NCBI GenBank assembly: GCA_002269645.1
Contig: NIVC01000114.1
Coordinates: 806,001 to 870,000 of the forward strand
Source of the DNA: Macrostomum lignano
Taxonomy: Eukaryota
Direction: 5' to 3'
DNA length: 64,000 nucleotides
Shown here piece after piece: positions 44,745-58,739 of the stretch. Every line of letters starts with the position of its first letter. Position 1 is the stretch's first letter. The translations under genes and the position numbers were made by a program. The notes beneath the pieces were generated by a model. It made no database searches and was not told where the DNA came from. It worked only from the letters and a program-made list of their open reading frames with translations.

Positions 44745-47700
44745 CTAAAAACCTTGATTAGCGTAAATGGCAGGTGCGAAATCCGAGTTCTCGTTTGCGT
44801 ATTCGCAACCTGCGGCTTCAGCAATGGAATCCATCTGGACTGGTGGAAGTGGCTGGTTCTGCCGATTCTTCTGAGAGGGGGGGGGGCAATTGGAAAAGAA
44901 AATAGTGGAATATACTAGATATATGATATTGATATTCAATCATCATACTTATCAACACTAAACATGGAAGGTGTCGATTAATTTCTCTTCAAAGTTAGAA
45001 TATTGAAGGTCTAGTTTGCTCTTTAGCAATCTAAATATTATACTCTTTTTGCTTTCGAAAGTTATAACAAATGTCAAGGGACGCGAATTGATATCTCACC
45101 ACTGAAGCTTTGCAGAGCTCTTCAGTAGCTGAGGCATACTGATGCGCTGAGTCAACATCCTGCACCTTGGCATTCTGTGTGGGCACACAATATTTTATAT
45201 ATTAGTGAGAATTAAAAGCCACATCTCAAAATGTATTTAAAAATTCCACCGCAAAGCTTACACGTAAAACTTCACCAGTTGCTGAAACTGTTGGTTCCAC
45301 ATACTTGGCTGGCTTGGTTCGCGATAAATAGCCCTAAACAATGGCAAAACAATTATTTCAGTTACGGTTAATGCGTCATTGTCGAATATAGCACAAAAAT
45401 ATAACAATCTCTGCACTTACAAAACGGATTAAAAGACCCACCACGGCGACCGCGAGCGTAGCTGTGAAGACGCCAGTAAGTGCGCCGACAAGTGCGCCTA
45501 CAACTACTGAAGAGCTTCGGGATTCCTCAGGATTGGATGCATGCCTTGATTCTAAAAATATAGAATTCATATTCAGTAAAACAACGCACTCAATAATATA
45601 AAATCAACATACACAAACCGTATATTGAGACGACACTGCAATACATCTCACCATAAGAATCAATACAGACGAATCCGGGAGCCAGATCATAGCTAAATGA
45701 CCCATTGAAAGGCCAAGGCAAAAATCTCAACTTGTAGTTCGCTTGGTCGCTTCTCTCCAAACAGACTTCACCGTTCTTGCACGGATTCGGGCTGCAGTCG
45801 GGGTGATCAACCGAGCAGTTCACGCCCGAGTAGCCATTGTGGCATTTGCACCTGCGGAGTTGCCATAGACAATATGCACTACGGAACATGGCAGCAATCT
45901 GAATCACAAAAACTGCTCACTCATAGGAATTGTAGAAAACGTCCACGCATGTAGCTCCGTTTCTGCAAGGTGAAAACGTTTCGCACACCTCAGAAACAAC
46001 TCCCAGTCGTACACCGGACGAATCGCTGGCTGCAATGGCCTCAGGAAGGCTAGCCAGCAAGCTGGGAGAGACCGGACACAGCATCAGCGGCTTCTCGCCG
46101 TTCAGTTTGGGGCCAGAAATGATGCCGCGGAAAGCTGTGGTGTTCGCTGGTAGAACTGAGGCCACTGCACTCGATAGGGTCGGCGCTGACCTCTTTGATC
46201 TACGGCTGCCGTGAGCTACAGGCAACAATGAGGAGTCTGGGGCTGCCCGAAGACCGCTGAAGCCGCCGATGATGAGCTGGCCTGACAGCTGCGGCAGCGG
46301 ACTCGCACTGCTCAGCGATGCAGAACTAACTGAAGATGACACTGACAGCGACAGCGAGCGACCCGATATCGACACGAAGATCTTCACGGAGACGAAGCTG
46401 CCGGTGGCCACCGAGTCTGGGGACGTCAGCGCTGCGATGTGGGAGCCGTTGCTGTGCAGTAACTGGGCGGACAGACGGCCAGAGTGATCGATCTGAAAAG
46501 ATTTAAACAAAGCTCAAAAGAAAAACATCTTGAAATCCACCAAGAGTACCATTAAGGACACTGACCGTAGCGAGCAGTCTCGGAGTGGTCGCTGAGTCGC
46601 TCGGGGCGCCCAGCAGCAGCAGAAACGCTCCTCGAGACAAAGTCACCAGCCTCAGCTCAATCGTCCACGAGTCTCCTCCAGACACACTTGACGCATTTGG
46701 CAGAGAAGCGAAACTCGCAGACGATACAAGTCCGCTTATGCCGAATGAGTACTGTGGAAGCAGCACGGAGCAGTTTTTGCCTCCGAAGTCACCGGGGCAG
46801 CCGGTGCAGGCATAATCCGCTACCAGGTCCTTGCAGACGGCTCCGTTCTGACACGGCTGTCCGAACCGCTTGCACTCGTTGATGTCGACTGAACAGGTCG
46901 GGCCCTCGTAGCCGGGCAGGCAGTCGCAGGTGAAGCTCCTGACACCGTCGGTGCACCTGCCGCCGTGCTGGCACGGGCCCGACGCGCAGTCATCGATCCT
47001 GGAGCTGCAGGTGGCGCCTTGAAAGTCGACGCGAGAGCAGTCGCAGGTAAACCTGATTTTGGATTTAAAAAGGCACTTTGAAACCGTAATGCTTGTGACG
47101 ATGAAGTAAGAATCTAAAAAATTGCCTGTTTCATTGTTTGATTAACACCTGTTTTAACTTTGCTTAACTATCAAGGGAATATAGTTGGTTTACAGTGTCT
47201 CTCTTTCCTAGGATTTTCCTAGATATTCCTTACGGAATTTTACAATCGTTTATGTTAAACGCATCAGTAAAAAAACCTCTGAGCTCTTTTTAAAAAAATA
47301 AATTGCAAAAAGACTATAAGGCACTGAGACTTCACAATTTTACAATCAAGACGGGAGAAAAGGATTGAGTCTACAGAATTATCTAATCAGATAATTCTGT
47401 TCAGGATATAATTATGCGTTACAACGCCGCCTTTCGAAACCGTTCTCAAAGGAGCCCTTCAGATGTTTTTTTGAATCGAAATCAGTCACAAAAGAGTTTG
47501 CAAACAAGTTTATACCCTGACCTATCGATGTCACTTTAGTTGCTACCAAAACATTTCTTACAGCGTCAGACCCAAAAAAGTGATTTAGTGGCAGGGGCTC
47601 GGGGCATCCGGAAGCATTGGGAAGACAGAAAACTCGAGATCCTAAATATTTCCAAAAACTGAAGTTGCTAGCTGACAAGAAAGCTGTTTGGGCATGCGAG

Positions 47701-50700
47701 AAAGCTCTAAATAAATTTATTGCATTGCCTACATTATCAAAACAAAGACTGCAGATCCTTACGCAATAAAATGAAATCAACGGCAAAAAGTTTTTAATCT
47801 GAGGCTTTGAGTACACCACATTGCATCTGAAGCTTCTCAAAAGCTTAGGAAACTTACGTAGAAATTTAGAAATTCACGTAGAGAAAAATAAGTAGTTAAA
47901 ACATTCTGATCTGAGGCTTTGCACATGCCGAAACCCATCTGCAGCTTCCCAATGGCTCAAACACTCACGTGGAGTTTCCGTCACCGCAGACGCCGCCGTT
48001 CTGACAGGGCCCTGACAGGCAGTAGTCAGTGTCCACTGAGCAGTTCCTGCCCTCCCAGCCTGTGAAGCAGCTGCAGTTGTAGTCAGTCGCCAAGTCTGAG
48101 CACAGGCCGTTGGCACAGGGCTTGCTGGCGCAGTCATCAATGTTGTTTTGGCACCTGTCACCTGCGAATCCCGTGTCTGTGCAGTCGCAGGTGAATCTGA
48201 AAAGAGGATAAAATTCAGCTCTATTGTAACAAAAATGCTCAAAGTTTTTCTATCGGCGGTTTTGGCGATAAATTTTAATAACTGTTACAAACAAAGATTG
48301 TAAAATTTGGAAAAGGGTTTTATAGTTTTGAAATTATACCCTCACCGCAACCGTATGGTAGTTCAAGTAGCCACTACAGAAAAATAGTTTCAAATAGAAA
48401 CTGGAAAGCGGTGAAAGGAGTACCAGGGGTGACAAGGCTAATAGGGAACCAGCTCGTCACTTTACTAACGAAAACTGAAGGGTTGGCGTGTCAGGCCATG
48501 GCTGTTTTGTCAGAATTTACTACCGTCAGGAACAAATCTCATTCTGCATCTCCGGTGTTGAGAAAGCGGAGCACTTCATCTGTGAAGGCACCGCCTCTAC
48601 TTGGGACAGGCTCACCTGCGTCGACCCCAACCCGATTATTTCCGACGTTTTCAGACCCGAGAATTTCTGCCAACTCGTCTGCTACCTGAGGGCTACCGGG
48701 CCAGCAAATACCCACCTCCGGGACTCTTTGGAGGGAGACCGCCCTGCAGACACTGGCACCACACGCCTCCCCGCTGCGTTTGGGTGCCCGAAGCCCCTGC
48801 AGCTGAGTCAAGTCAACAAGGAGAACTCACGTGCCGTTGCCATCAATGCACCTGCCGCCATTGAGGCAAGCGCCCGTTGGACAGTCGTTGTGGTTGATGT
48901 TGCAGTTCCTGCCCTCCCAGCCTGTGAAGCAGCTGCAGCTGTAGTTTTTCAGCAGGTCCGTGCACAGGCCGTTGATGCAGGGCTTGCTGGCGCAGTCATC
49001 AATGTTGCTTTGGCACCTGTCACCTGTGAATCCTGTGTCTGTGCAGTCGCAGGTGAATCTGAAAAGAGGATAAAATTCAGCTCTATTGTTACAGAATTGT
49101 TTGGAAATCCGAGTTTTTTATTGGTGGTTCCGGTAATAAATTTTAAGAACTTTTACAAACGAAAATTGTAAAACTCGGAGTAAGGTTTTATAGTTTCGAA
49201 ATCCTACTTACACCGCAACCGTATATTAGCTGCAGTAGCCACTACAGAAACAAACTTATCATTTGAAACTGGAAAGCAACCAGCCCGTAACTTTAGTAAA
49301 AAATTGGAGGATGTGCGCGTCAAGTCATGGCTGTCTTGTCAGACATCGCTGCCTCCAGGAAAACCCATTTTGTCTATACGGTGTTGAGAATGCGGAGCAC
49401 TTCATCTGTGAATGCCCCGCCTTTACTCAGGACAGGCTCTTCTACCTTGGCACAAACCCGGGCCTTTCCGACGGTTTCAGGGCCGAGAATTTTTTGCAAG
49501 CTCGTCCGCTACTTAAAGGCTACCGGGCTAGACTCGATCCACCCCTTGGACTCTTCAGAGGGGGACCACGGTGCGGTCACCGGCACCACCGGATCTCCAT
49601 GTGTTAAACCGCAGTACCAGCTGCCCGCAGTGGCCAGGGTTAACAAAAGGGACTTCAACGCCTCCCCGCTGCATCCAGACTCCCAGAGCCCCTGCAGCTG
49701 AGTCAAGTCAACAAAAAGAACTCACGTTCCGTTGCCATCAATGCACCTGCCGCCATTAAGGCAGGCGCCGGTTGGACAGTCGTTGTGGTTGATGTTGCAG
49801 TTCCTGCCCTCCCAGCCTGTGAAGCAGCTGCAGCTGTAGTTTTTCACCAAGTCTGAGCACAGGCCGTTAGCGCAGGGCTTGCTGGCGCAGTCATCAATGT
49901 TGATCTCGCAGTTGGTGCCTGTGAAGTTAACAGGAAATTTCAAAAATAGCAAAGAAAATCATCTTGCTTGTTCGCTTTCCTGATTCAGCACATTTTTTAG
50001 CGAAAAGTCAAATTTAAAGCGGAGAAGTCAAAGCATCAAATGCACAAAACCTCGAATGTTTCTTATCGCCTTCCAGACAGTGCAGAACAGAAACGAAAGC
50101 GGAAAGCTGAGCAATGTCACTCAAAGCAGCCTGAATATTCATGGCAACCAGAGCACCATGCGCTAAAAGCATGTCTATCATGCATGTATTATTTTACGCG
50201 TACTAAAGATGAATAGCATTGTCTCAAACTGCAGACAAATTAAGATAATATCGGCACTACAGGGGCGTAGGGGGCGCCTAAGAGGCACCAATCTTCGATT
50301 AGATCTGAGTACAATCTGAGAAGGTACGGGCTACAATAGAAAACTCGTACACATAGCCATCATAACCATAAAGTGAAAAGTCAAAATTTCTGAATGGTGG
50401 CAGGGCGAGCAGCTTCTATTTCTGGCCAGAAACTGATTTCTTCCAAGGCTTGTGCGATGAACGGAAAGAGCAATCAAAACGTGACGACAGATGGGCGCCC
50501 CTTCTCTGGGGTGGGCGCCCCTTTCTCTGAGGTGGGTGCCCCTCTCTGTGAGGTGGGCGCCCCTGTCTCTGAGGTTGTCGCTCCTGTCTCTTAGATGGGC
50601 GAACCTGTCTCTGAGGTGGGCGCCCCTGTCTCTGAGGTGGGCGCCCCTGTCTCTGAGATGGGCGAACCTGTCTCTAAGGTGGGCGCCCCTGTCTCTGAGG

Positions 50701-53208
50701 TGGATGCCCCTGTATCTGAGGTGGGCGCCCCTGTCTTTGAGGTAGGCGCTTTCGTCTCTGAGGTTGTCGCTCCTGTCTCTGAGGTTGTCGCTCCTGTCTC
50801 TGAGGTTGTCGCTCCTGTCTCTTAGATGGGCGAACCTGTCTCTGAGGTGAGCGCCCCTGTCTCTGAGGTGAGCGCCCCTGTCTCTGAGGTGAGCGCCCCT
50901 GTCTCTGGGGTGGGCGCCCATGTCTCTGAGGTGAGCGCCCCTGTCTCTGAGGTGGGCGCCCCTGTCTCTGAGATGGGCACCCCTGTCTCTGAGGTTGGCG
51001 CTCATGTCTGTGAGGTTGGCGCTCCTGTCTTTGAGGTTGGCGCCCCTCTTTTTGAGGTGAGCGCCCCTGTCTCTGAGGTGGGCGCCCCTGTCTCTTAGAT
51101 AGGCGAACCTGTCTCTGAGGTGGGCGCCCCTGTCTCTGAGGTGGGCGCCCCTGTCTCTGAGGTGGGCGCTTCTGTCTCTGGGTGGACGCCTCTGTCTCTG
51201 AGGTGAGCGCCCCTGTCTCTCGGGTGGGCGACCCTGTCTCTGGGGTGGGCGCCCTTGTCTCTGAGGTGGGCGCCCCTGTCTCTGAGGTTGGCGCTCCTGT
51301 CTTTGAGGTTGGCGCTCCTGTCTCTGAGGTGGGCGCCCCTGTCTCTCGGGTGGGCGCCCCTGTCTCTGAGGTGAGCGCCCCTCTTTTTGTGGTGGGCGAC
51401 CCTGTCTGAAGAAAGCGCCCCTGTTGTCGTGTCTTAGCAATAAGAAAGACTCTTTTCTATTTGAGAGAGCTCTTAGCTGAGCGTAGAATACGAGACTTCA
51501 ACTGGTAGCCAAACCGGCCTTTATATTATATTGAATATGACCGACGGCAACATGCCGCCTACATTAGGAGTACAGCGTGATCAAACTTCAAGCTTTAGCA
51601 TATAGAATAGAAAGATGCAACGTGCCGCGCGTGCACACTAAGTACATTGGGAATGAGTACACTAGATATTAAGTACGCAGATACGCAACGCGAGTCAGAG
51701 ATAGTTGATGAGCCCCGCCAAGCGGCGCCACACCTGTCTGTGAGGTTGGCGCCCCTGTCTCTGAGGTGGGCGCCCCTGTCTCTGAGGTGGGCGCCCCTGT
51801 CTTTGAGATCTGTGAGATGATGGATGGGTTCTGTGAGATGATGGATGGGTTCTGTGAGATGATGGATGGGATCTGTGAGATTGAGGATGGGATCTGTGAG
51901 ATGATGGATGGGATCTGTGAGACGATGGATAGGATTTGTGAGATGATAGATGGGTTCTGTGAGATGATGGATGGATTCTGTGAGATGGTGGATGGGATCT
52001 GCGAGATGATGGATGGGATCTGTGAGTTGCTGGATGGATTCTGTGAGATGATGGATGGGATTTGTGAGATGATGGATGGGTTCTGTGAGATGGTGGATGG
52101 GATCTGTGAGTTGCTGGATGGGATCTGTGAGTTGCTGGATGGGATCTGTGAGTTGCTGGATGGATTCTGTGAGATGATGGATGAATTCTGTAAGATGCTG
52201 GATGGGTTCTGTGAGATGCTGGATGGGATCTGTGAGATGATGGATGGGATCTGTGAGATGATGGATGGGATCTGTGAGATGGTGGATGGGTTCTGTGAGA
52301 TAATGGATGGGATCTGTGAGATGATGGATGGGATCTGTGAGATGAAGGATGGGATCTGTGAGATGAGGGATGGGTTCTGTGAGATGATGGATGGGATCTG
52401 TGAGATAATGGATGGGTTCTGTGAGATGATGGATGGGATCTGTGAAAGGCTGTACGAGTTTTGTTGGGTTTCTGATTGTATGGAATGATGGTATTCGTTT
52501 GTTAGATAGACATCGGGATAAGATTTCGGGGTTTTGAAGTCAATTGTTAGCTCTCCTACAGTCTTGATGTGATGTTGTTATATTATTCTTTATAAATTTC
52601 AGAAAACAAACTTTCTGCTAAAGAAACTTCCACATTAAAAACAGCCGATACACTGTCCAATTAAGTTGATCTGGTTTAGCCTAACTCAACAATTTTACAA
52701 ATTTATTTCGGATAATAGTAGTTCTAAAACATTTTTGAAGTTTCAACTTATGATTTGCAGCAAGGGTCACCCACCTGTGTAGCCGGGAACGCAGCTGCAG
52801 TGATACCAGGGGCTCGCGTCTGTGCTGCTGCAGGTGCCTCCGTTTTGGCAGGGACTGCCTGAGTATGTAGTACAGAAGTTTATTCTATTGGTGCAATAAG
52901 TACCAGTGTACGCACCAGTACACAGACACGGAGGAGTGCTTGACGTCACAGCACCCGGCCAGCAAATGCCGCCATTCTTGCAGTCGCCCTCGCTGCAGGC
53001 GGCTCGCCTCGTCCGCGCCAATTCGTTGGCGTCCTCGTCAGAACCTTCATATTGAAAAGCAGTGGAAAACTTATTAACAGTCATTTAAGCTACCTTAAAA
53101 CCCCAACTCACCTGCGGATAAGTGTTCTGAAACCGAAGCACACGAAGCTCGATGCCAAGCCAGCGTCAGAACTAGAATTAATGTCTGCAGTCGAATTTCG
53201 GACGACAT
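44745..53208 (-). CDS. Gene E: short Crumbs-like receptor with A-type head, ~892 aa
   Basis: Exons 53208-53112, 53044-52775, 49918-49726, 49058-48831, 48196-47969, 47052-46566, 46492-45921, 45851-45652, 45551-45421 (TM), 45333-45262, 45174-45100, 44870-44745; total 2679 nt. Confidence 0.88.
48480..48815 (+). mobile_element. LINE 3' fragment (intron, gene E)
   Basis: Duplicate of 31970-32310. Confidence 0.65.
49310..49712 (+). mobile_element. LINE 3' fragment (intron, gene E)
   Basis: SHGCLVRHRCLQENPFCLYGVENAEHFICECPAF; duplicate of 32810-33205. Confidence 0.65.
50485..51805 (+). repeat. 21-bp minisatellite type B, intron 2 of gene E (interrupted by a 308-bp insert)
   Basis: About 45 copies in two blocks; runs directly into type A repeats. 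Confidence 0.95.
51425..51732. mobile_element. Small solo-LTR-like insert (308 bp)
   Basis: TGTCG...GCCACA (TG..CA) termini; exact 5-bp TSD CCTGT (51420-51424, 51733-51737). Confidence 0.75.
51805..52447 (+). repeat. 21-bp minisatellite type A, intron 2 of gene E
   Basis: About 30 copies of GATGGGATCTGTGAGATGATG and variants. Confidence 0.95.
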
Positions 53209-54112
53209 TCCGGACGAGCTCAGAGCCGAGGCTTATCTAGTTTTAAACTCGCACAAGTTTGAGCAGCTGAAAATCAAATAGAATCAAATTTGAATCAATT
53301 GAAATAGAAGGAATTAGTATAGCTGTGCTGAATATGCTACTTATGAGATAATGAATATTGAAATAAGAATCAGATTTGCCATACTAGTTAATAAAAAATA
53401 AAAGTAATTAAAATCAGTCGCAGGTATATTTTCATCTCAAGCAGCTGGCTGGGGCTCAGGCAAAACAACTTTTTCGACGCTAAAAAGCACTGAATTATTT
53501 TGTGACTGCTGAAAAATGCACACCGAAAATGCATTGAATTTCGCTTTTTAAAACCGGCTCGGCGGTTTTAAACTGAAAATTTTCAATTTTAAGGTCGATC
53601 ATATTTTTTAGACAATTTTGAACTTAGGCTACTACTTATAAAGATTTTCAGTAGTCAAGTAAGACCCTTACAAGTATAAAGAGTTTTAGTTAAGAAAAAA
53701 GCTGGATTTTATTTTTAGAAACTAAACTAGAATTTTTGTAAACTAAAAATATTCCACTTGGGAACTCGGTCGCCTGGACTTGCAGCAGCACGGCAGTTGA
53801 CCCTGAAAATAAAAAAATCGAAAACGTTAATTAGCAAAAACTAATGCATAATGATACAATGAGCAGTTTGTTTCTGGTTTTACATTGCCTAACAATTTCA
53901 AGTATTCACTTTTATTATGCCCAAACTTTATAAGCTCCAAACTTCCCAACACAAATTTCACAACGCTCACAATTTACCTGTCAGTGTTGGGCATTGTTAA
54001 AGAAAATTTTAACTTCCGTTAACGACGAAAGGATTTGCCGTTAAATTGAAAAAAAAATATTTTTCAAAAAAAAGGCGCTAAAAAGGTAGGCCTCTACGGG
54101 CTTCTGTCTCAC

Positions 54113-54259
54113 AGTTCGATAAACTGAAGACGGCAGGCGCAACAACCGACAGCACCACGATGCCCAGTGCTCCGAGGGCGACTCTTAGCACAATGGTGAC
54201 AGCGCTAGAGATGCCCGTGTCAGAGTCTGGCGGCTTGATCTCGGGGTACCGCCGCATGT
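54113..54259 (-). other. Orphan TM exon, duplicate copy
   Basis: Same splice sites and open frame as 8100-8246. Confidence 0.55.
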
Positions 54260-54473
54260 CTGACAAGTGCAGTGGATTTGTGAAATTGAGAACTCCTTGT
54301 AGTTGTTTGCTTTAATGTTGGGTAAGTGTGAATAACATGTCTAATCACTGCCTTGCGCGGTGTTTAACTGATAAATGACTTTGAATACTTTGACAACCTG
54401 ACATCACAATATGATAACTTGACACTCAGAGGGCGCCCAATGTACGTGACACCCTGATATTGAGAGGACCTAA

Positions 54474-54533
54474 AGCCCCTGGTGCTGGCGCCCCTGGTGC
54501 TGGCGCCCCTGGTGCTGGCGCCCCTGGTGCTAG
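54474..54533 (+). repeat. 15-bp unit x4 (GCCCCTGGTGCTGGC)
   Basis: Visible directly, near the position where the left copy carries the YR element. Confidence 0.85.
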
Positions 54534-54611
54534 TAGCTTTGCTCCTTATTCAAGGTTCTAACTGTGTACCACTTAGATAAAAGGAGATAATAAAAAAATT
54601 TTTTATACATC

Positions 54612-54900
54612 TTTATTACACCTGCCCCAATTGGGCCAGATGTGCAACCGACAGCTCAGCCGCAGCTATTGCGCGGCGCATCTGAAGGCTGCGTACGGCT
54701 GTTCAGTCCAAGGACTGGGGGGTCGCCACACACACCCTCAATCATCCCAGCTAATCTGGCACCCATTTTACAGCTGAGCGAACTGAAGCAATGCAGAGTC
54801 AATTGTCTTGCTCGAGGACACAAGATGTTCCTAGTAGATCTAGAGTCGAACCCCAGACCTTGCAGTCGTGAGTCCAACGCTCTAACTACTCGTCTAAAAG
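54612..54900 (-). mobile_element. tRNA-derived SINE (duplicate of 11445-11700, more complete 3' end)
   Basis: Same head, core and tail. Confidence 0.8.
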
Positions 54901-57900
54901 CCTTTTTTACCACCAAAAATATCCCTTGAAAATGCTAAAAACCATAAAAAATACCAAAACTTTCTTATTTAATGCGCTCAAATAGCTATTAATCCTTTCC
55001 TAAGCGGACTCGGAGACAGAATAGATTAATGCGACAAATGTACTCAATAATAAATGTCCATTACAAATCTAAAGCATATACAATAACAAAAAATATCAAA
55101 AGCTCTGAATAAAGTAAACTAGTTTTCTTTAGAATGCATTAAAACAAAGCTTATGAAGCTTACTGCCAGTCGTCTTTGCAGAGGATGAACCCAACGCAAG
55201 CAACACAGTTGATAAAACTAAAACCAGCAGGTGCCACATGCTGTTTAAATACAAAACGATCTCTTTAATATTATATGACCTTTTTCATTGGCTTGACGGC
55301 TTGCGGTCTGATGGTTGCTAAATGGAGTCTCTGCTCACATTGCAGCTGGAAGAATGAAAGAAACATTAAATAGAATTTACTCCTATCAATTTCGCTCAAT
55401 AATAATAAATTTCTGATAAAGTTTCTCACAATAAAACTGATGGGGCTAATCTGATAAGTAGTATTAGAAGTACAACACTATTAATTTTAACCTAAAAAAT
55501 TAAGGTCGCATTACGCGTACTTTGCTAGTACAAGCAACTTTTTAACAACAATTGACTCAAGAACACAAAGTAACAAAGCTTACAATATGATGTGTTCAAG
55601 TATTCCAACAAAAATGAAAAAAAAAATCCGTTTAAAATATGCAATATACAATTAGTGTTTGTTATCTGTTGTTAAACGAGGAGGGTAGCCAAGAGGCTCC
55701 CGCGGATCAGCCCAGGAAAGGGCTCTGCCGCTGAGGGGGCACATCTTACCAGGGGCATATAGCCCGAGCAGCCCAGATTGGGACCTGACGTCTTGGCCAG
55801 GAAGATTGGGTGCCACTAACCCAAGCCTATGGTCTAAGACACTGCCAACCCAACTTGTGGAATCAGGGACGGTGCAAGGACCGAGTCCACCCAGGCCGCC
55901 CCCAGCAGACAAATCCCGGGAGTGCGCGAATAAAGATTGAAAAAACTTCGAAATACTAAATTTGTGAACATTTGTGAATTTGTTATCATCCTTGAACTAA
56001 ATTTTCTATCACCAAACGAGTGACAAAGCACAAGTTTCATCATCGCAAGAAACCCGTCGAAAAGACCCTCTGTTGCCTACTTTTGGCTCTCCAAAAAGGT
56101 TTGACGATGCTAAGCGAAATTGGAAAAATGAAAAAGGATACCTCCAGGTTGAGAGTCTGTTTGAGGATTTTTGAAATTACAGACAGTGAACTCTAGTATC
56201 TGGCTAGGAATTGGCATTTAGCTTCTTTGTACCTGTAAATCAATTAGAAGTTCAATATTGGATGGACCTACTGGTACGGTGTCATTTTAAATAGAAAATT
56301 TGAGCTGTCTGCCACATGAAAGCAAATTAAACTATTGCTTGAGCATTTCTTTACTTGAAGGCATGAAAATGGACTACTTAAAGTATCGAAATCAAAGCTA
56401 ATTACTATTATATCATGTAGGCTAATGTGGTCAATTGTGAAATCCTAAACTTTCAGTGAGTTCTCAATAGCCATACCCCATGTGCCATTCATATACTTCA
56501 TGTGCCTTCTGCATACCTCATGTGCCCTCCGTATACCCCATGTGCCTTAACCATGCCCCATGTGCCCTCCCCATATCCCATGAGCCCTCCCCATTCCTCT
56601 GTGCCTTTCCCATATTCTATTTTGATTTCTTCACATATTTTTGTACCCTACCACGCTCCCGCATTCCTCAGTACAACTTTCCGAAGTGGCACACAGATTC
56701 TAAATAGATCCTGGCAAATTAAATTGCTAGTAAATTACTTATTGCGAAAATAAATGCTTAGCAATTCCCAAACCTACCAGTAGCCGACATCTTGAAGAAA
56801 TACATGGGGAGTGCATCTCAATCACATCAGATTTCGGTCAACAACTGATCAAGCAATAACCAAATATTTGATGCAAATGTTTCCGCCAGAGGATTCTTCT
56901 ACATTCGTCAATAACCAGAAGTTCGTAAGAAGTCACTGTAATTTCATTGTTAGTCATTTTAATCCGCTGTTAGCTGAAATGTAAAAAGACGCAAAAATCA
57001 ATATAGTTTTAAACGTACTAAGAGCTTACTGTCACATATCGAACAACATGCTAACAAGAATGGTCTGCCCCTTGAACTGTCCGTGCCATAACAAATCTAA
57101 ACAAATAAAGCCAACAATTTTTTTTCAAGAGAACAAGCTCTTATACAATGGAATACAAAAAATAATAAAGGACATCAATAGCATTTAAAGTTAAAGCTTA
57201 AAACGGTTATCTTCAGGGCTTACACCTCAACAAACAGCAAACCAGTATATTTAACTTGCGATCGGCGCCCCCCCCCATCAGGGGGGATGCAAAAGAGAAG
57301 AAATAAAAACGTTTAATAAACTACATTTATGATTTTTAAAGCAAAAAACTGCATCCCTCCGGAAAGCAAGCTGTCTAGCCTAAGGTATCAGATCCTCGTG
57401 AGCTTTGGCTCAAAGAATCTCAATGAGCCAATCATTTCGGCAATACTCCCTCATAATTCAGCAATTTCCAAAACAAATCAGTATTTTTAGGTGCTGTAGG
57501 TCGCCTACTCTGTTTTTATCCCTGAAAATTGTAATGTACATTTAACGGCTGGACTGAAACCGGATTTTCTACTGCCAAGTGCAGTTTTTGAGTAATTACT
57601 GTAATTAAATATATTGCTCTGATGCGTGGTGTCTTGTAAGCCCTGAAGATGACAGCTTGTATCGAAACGCGATGGTTTTATCCTTGAATATTGGTGGTAG
57701 TGGTAGCTATATTTCATTATATAGTTATTATAACTATAGTTATTATAGTTTTAGTTATTATAGTTAATTATAGTTATTATATATAGTTATTATATCATTG
57801 ATCGAGCAAATGAGCATTGATCAATTAAAAAGCACAACAACAACAACAACAAACAACAACAGAGTACGCTGCCGGTTCGCAAAAGCAGCGTCAGATGGCG

Positions 57901-58739
57901 CGCTTCGAAGCTTGGGCGCGAACAAAGGCCGCACCGCCGGCAGAGTAAAATTAATAAAAAGCACGCAAAAGCGTAATAATGATACTACTCATTATTCAAC
58001 ACATAAAAAAATAGTTGACCTTTTGTTGATTTCTAGAGTAAAAGTTTAAATATAAAAACTTATCGGGAATAAAATTTGAATGAATTGCGCTGAAAAATAA
58101 AAAGCGGAAAAAATAGATCGAAATAAAAATGTATAGATTAAGAACATATACAGTTAGAGAAGTCGCTGATCAATACGATTTTTGGTTAGTAACGTTGGAA
58201 TATTCCATGTTCAGACTTGCTAGGCCTGTCAGTCATGCACACTCTCTGTGCATTGGGTGTTAGCCCTCACAGGTATATGAATCGGGCGACAACCCACCGG
58301 CCTAAATAAATGTTACTGCGCAAGGAACCGAACTAGCTGTGGCGTTGTGGCGCGGGAGTGAATCGGCTGCCCCGCCATAAAAAAATTCATGGTTCCATGA
58401 AAAAAATGTCTTAAACAAAAACTAAGAGATAATCAGATGTCAGTTATAACAAACAACATTGTTGATGGTTTGTTTCATATATCGCACAGTAATGTTTCAC
58501 GCACGTTGGATTGAACTGAACTTGGCTGGATTGTTACTCAAATTTTCGTAAGTGCAGTCATCGGTTGACATGTCATATACACCAGCATAAGGTGACCCTG
58601 ACTCTTCAGTCGGCTGAGCGCCGTCACTGAGCTGCTGCAATGTAATTATAACTCATATCAAATTATAGTTAGTTAGAAGTACGGCAGAATATGCACTATT
58701 AAATTAATTATTATTTAAAATAGAAAAACTTACGTGCTG

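Larger units (their letters stand above)
40350..51400 (+). repeat. Segmental duplication, copy 2 (paired with ~23950-34700)
   Basis: Colinear near-identity as described for copy 1. Confidence 0.9.

Noticed and set aside
23950-51400. Duplications as pure assembly artefacts
   Set aside because: The copies differ by substitutions, indels and TSD-flanked insertions. An artefact is unlikely, though haplotype stitching cannot be excluded without reads.
50331-52488. Repeat ORFs (APVSEVG, DRGAHLR, DGICEMM), also at 4269-4620, 24213-24596, 33949-34719 and 40612-41222
   Set aside because: Translations of intronic minisatellites whose copy number varies freely between paralogues.
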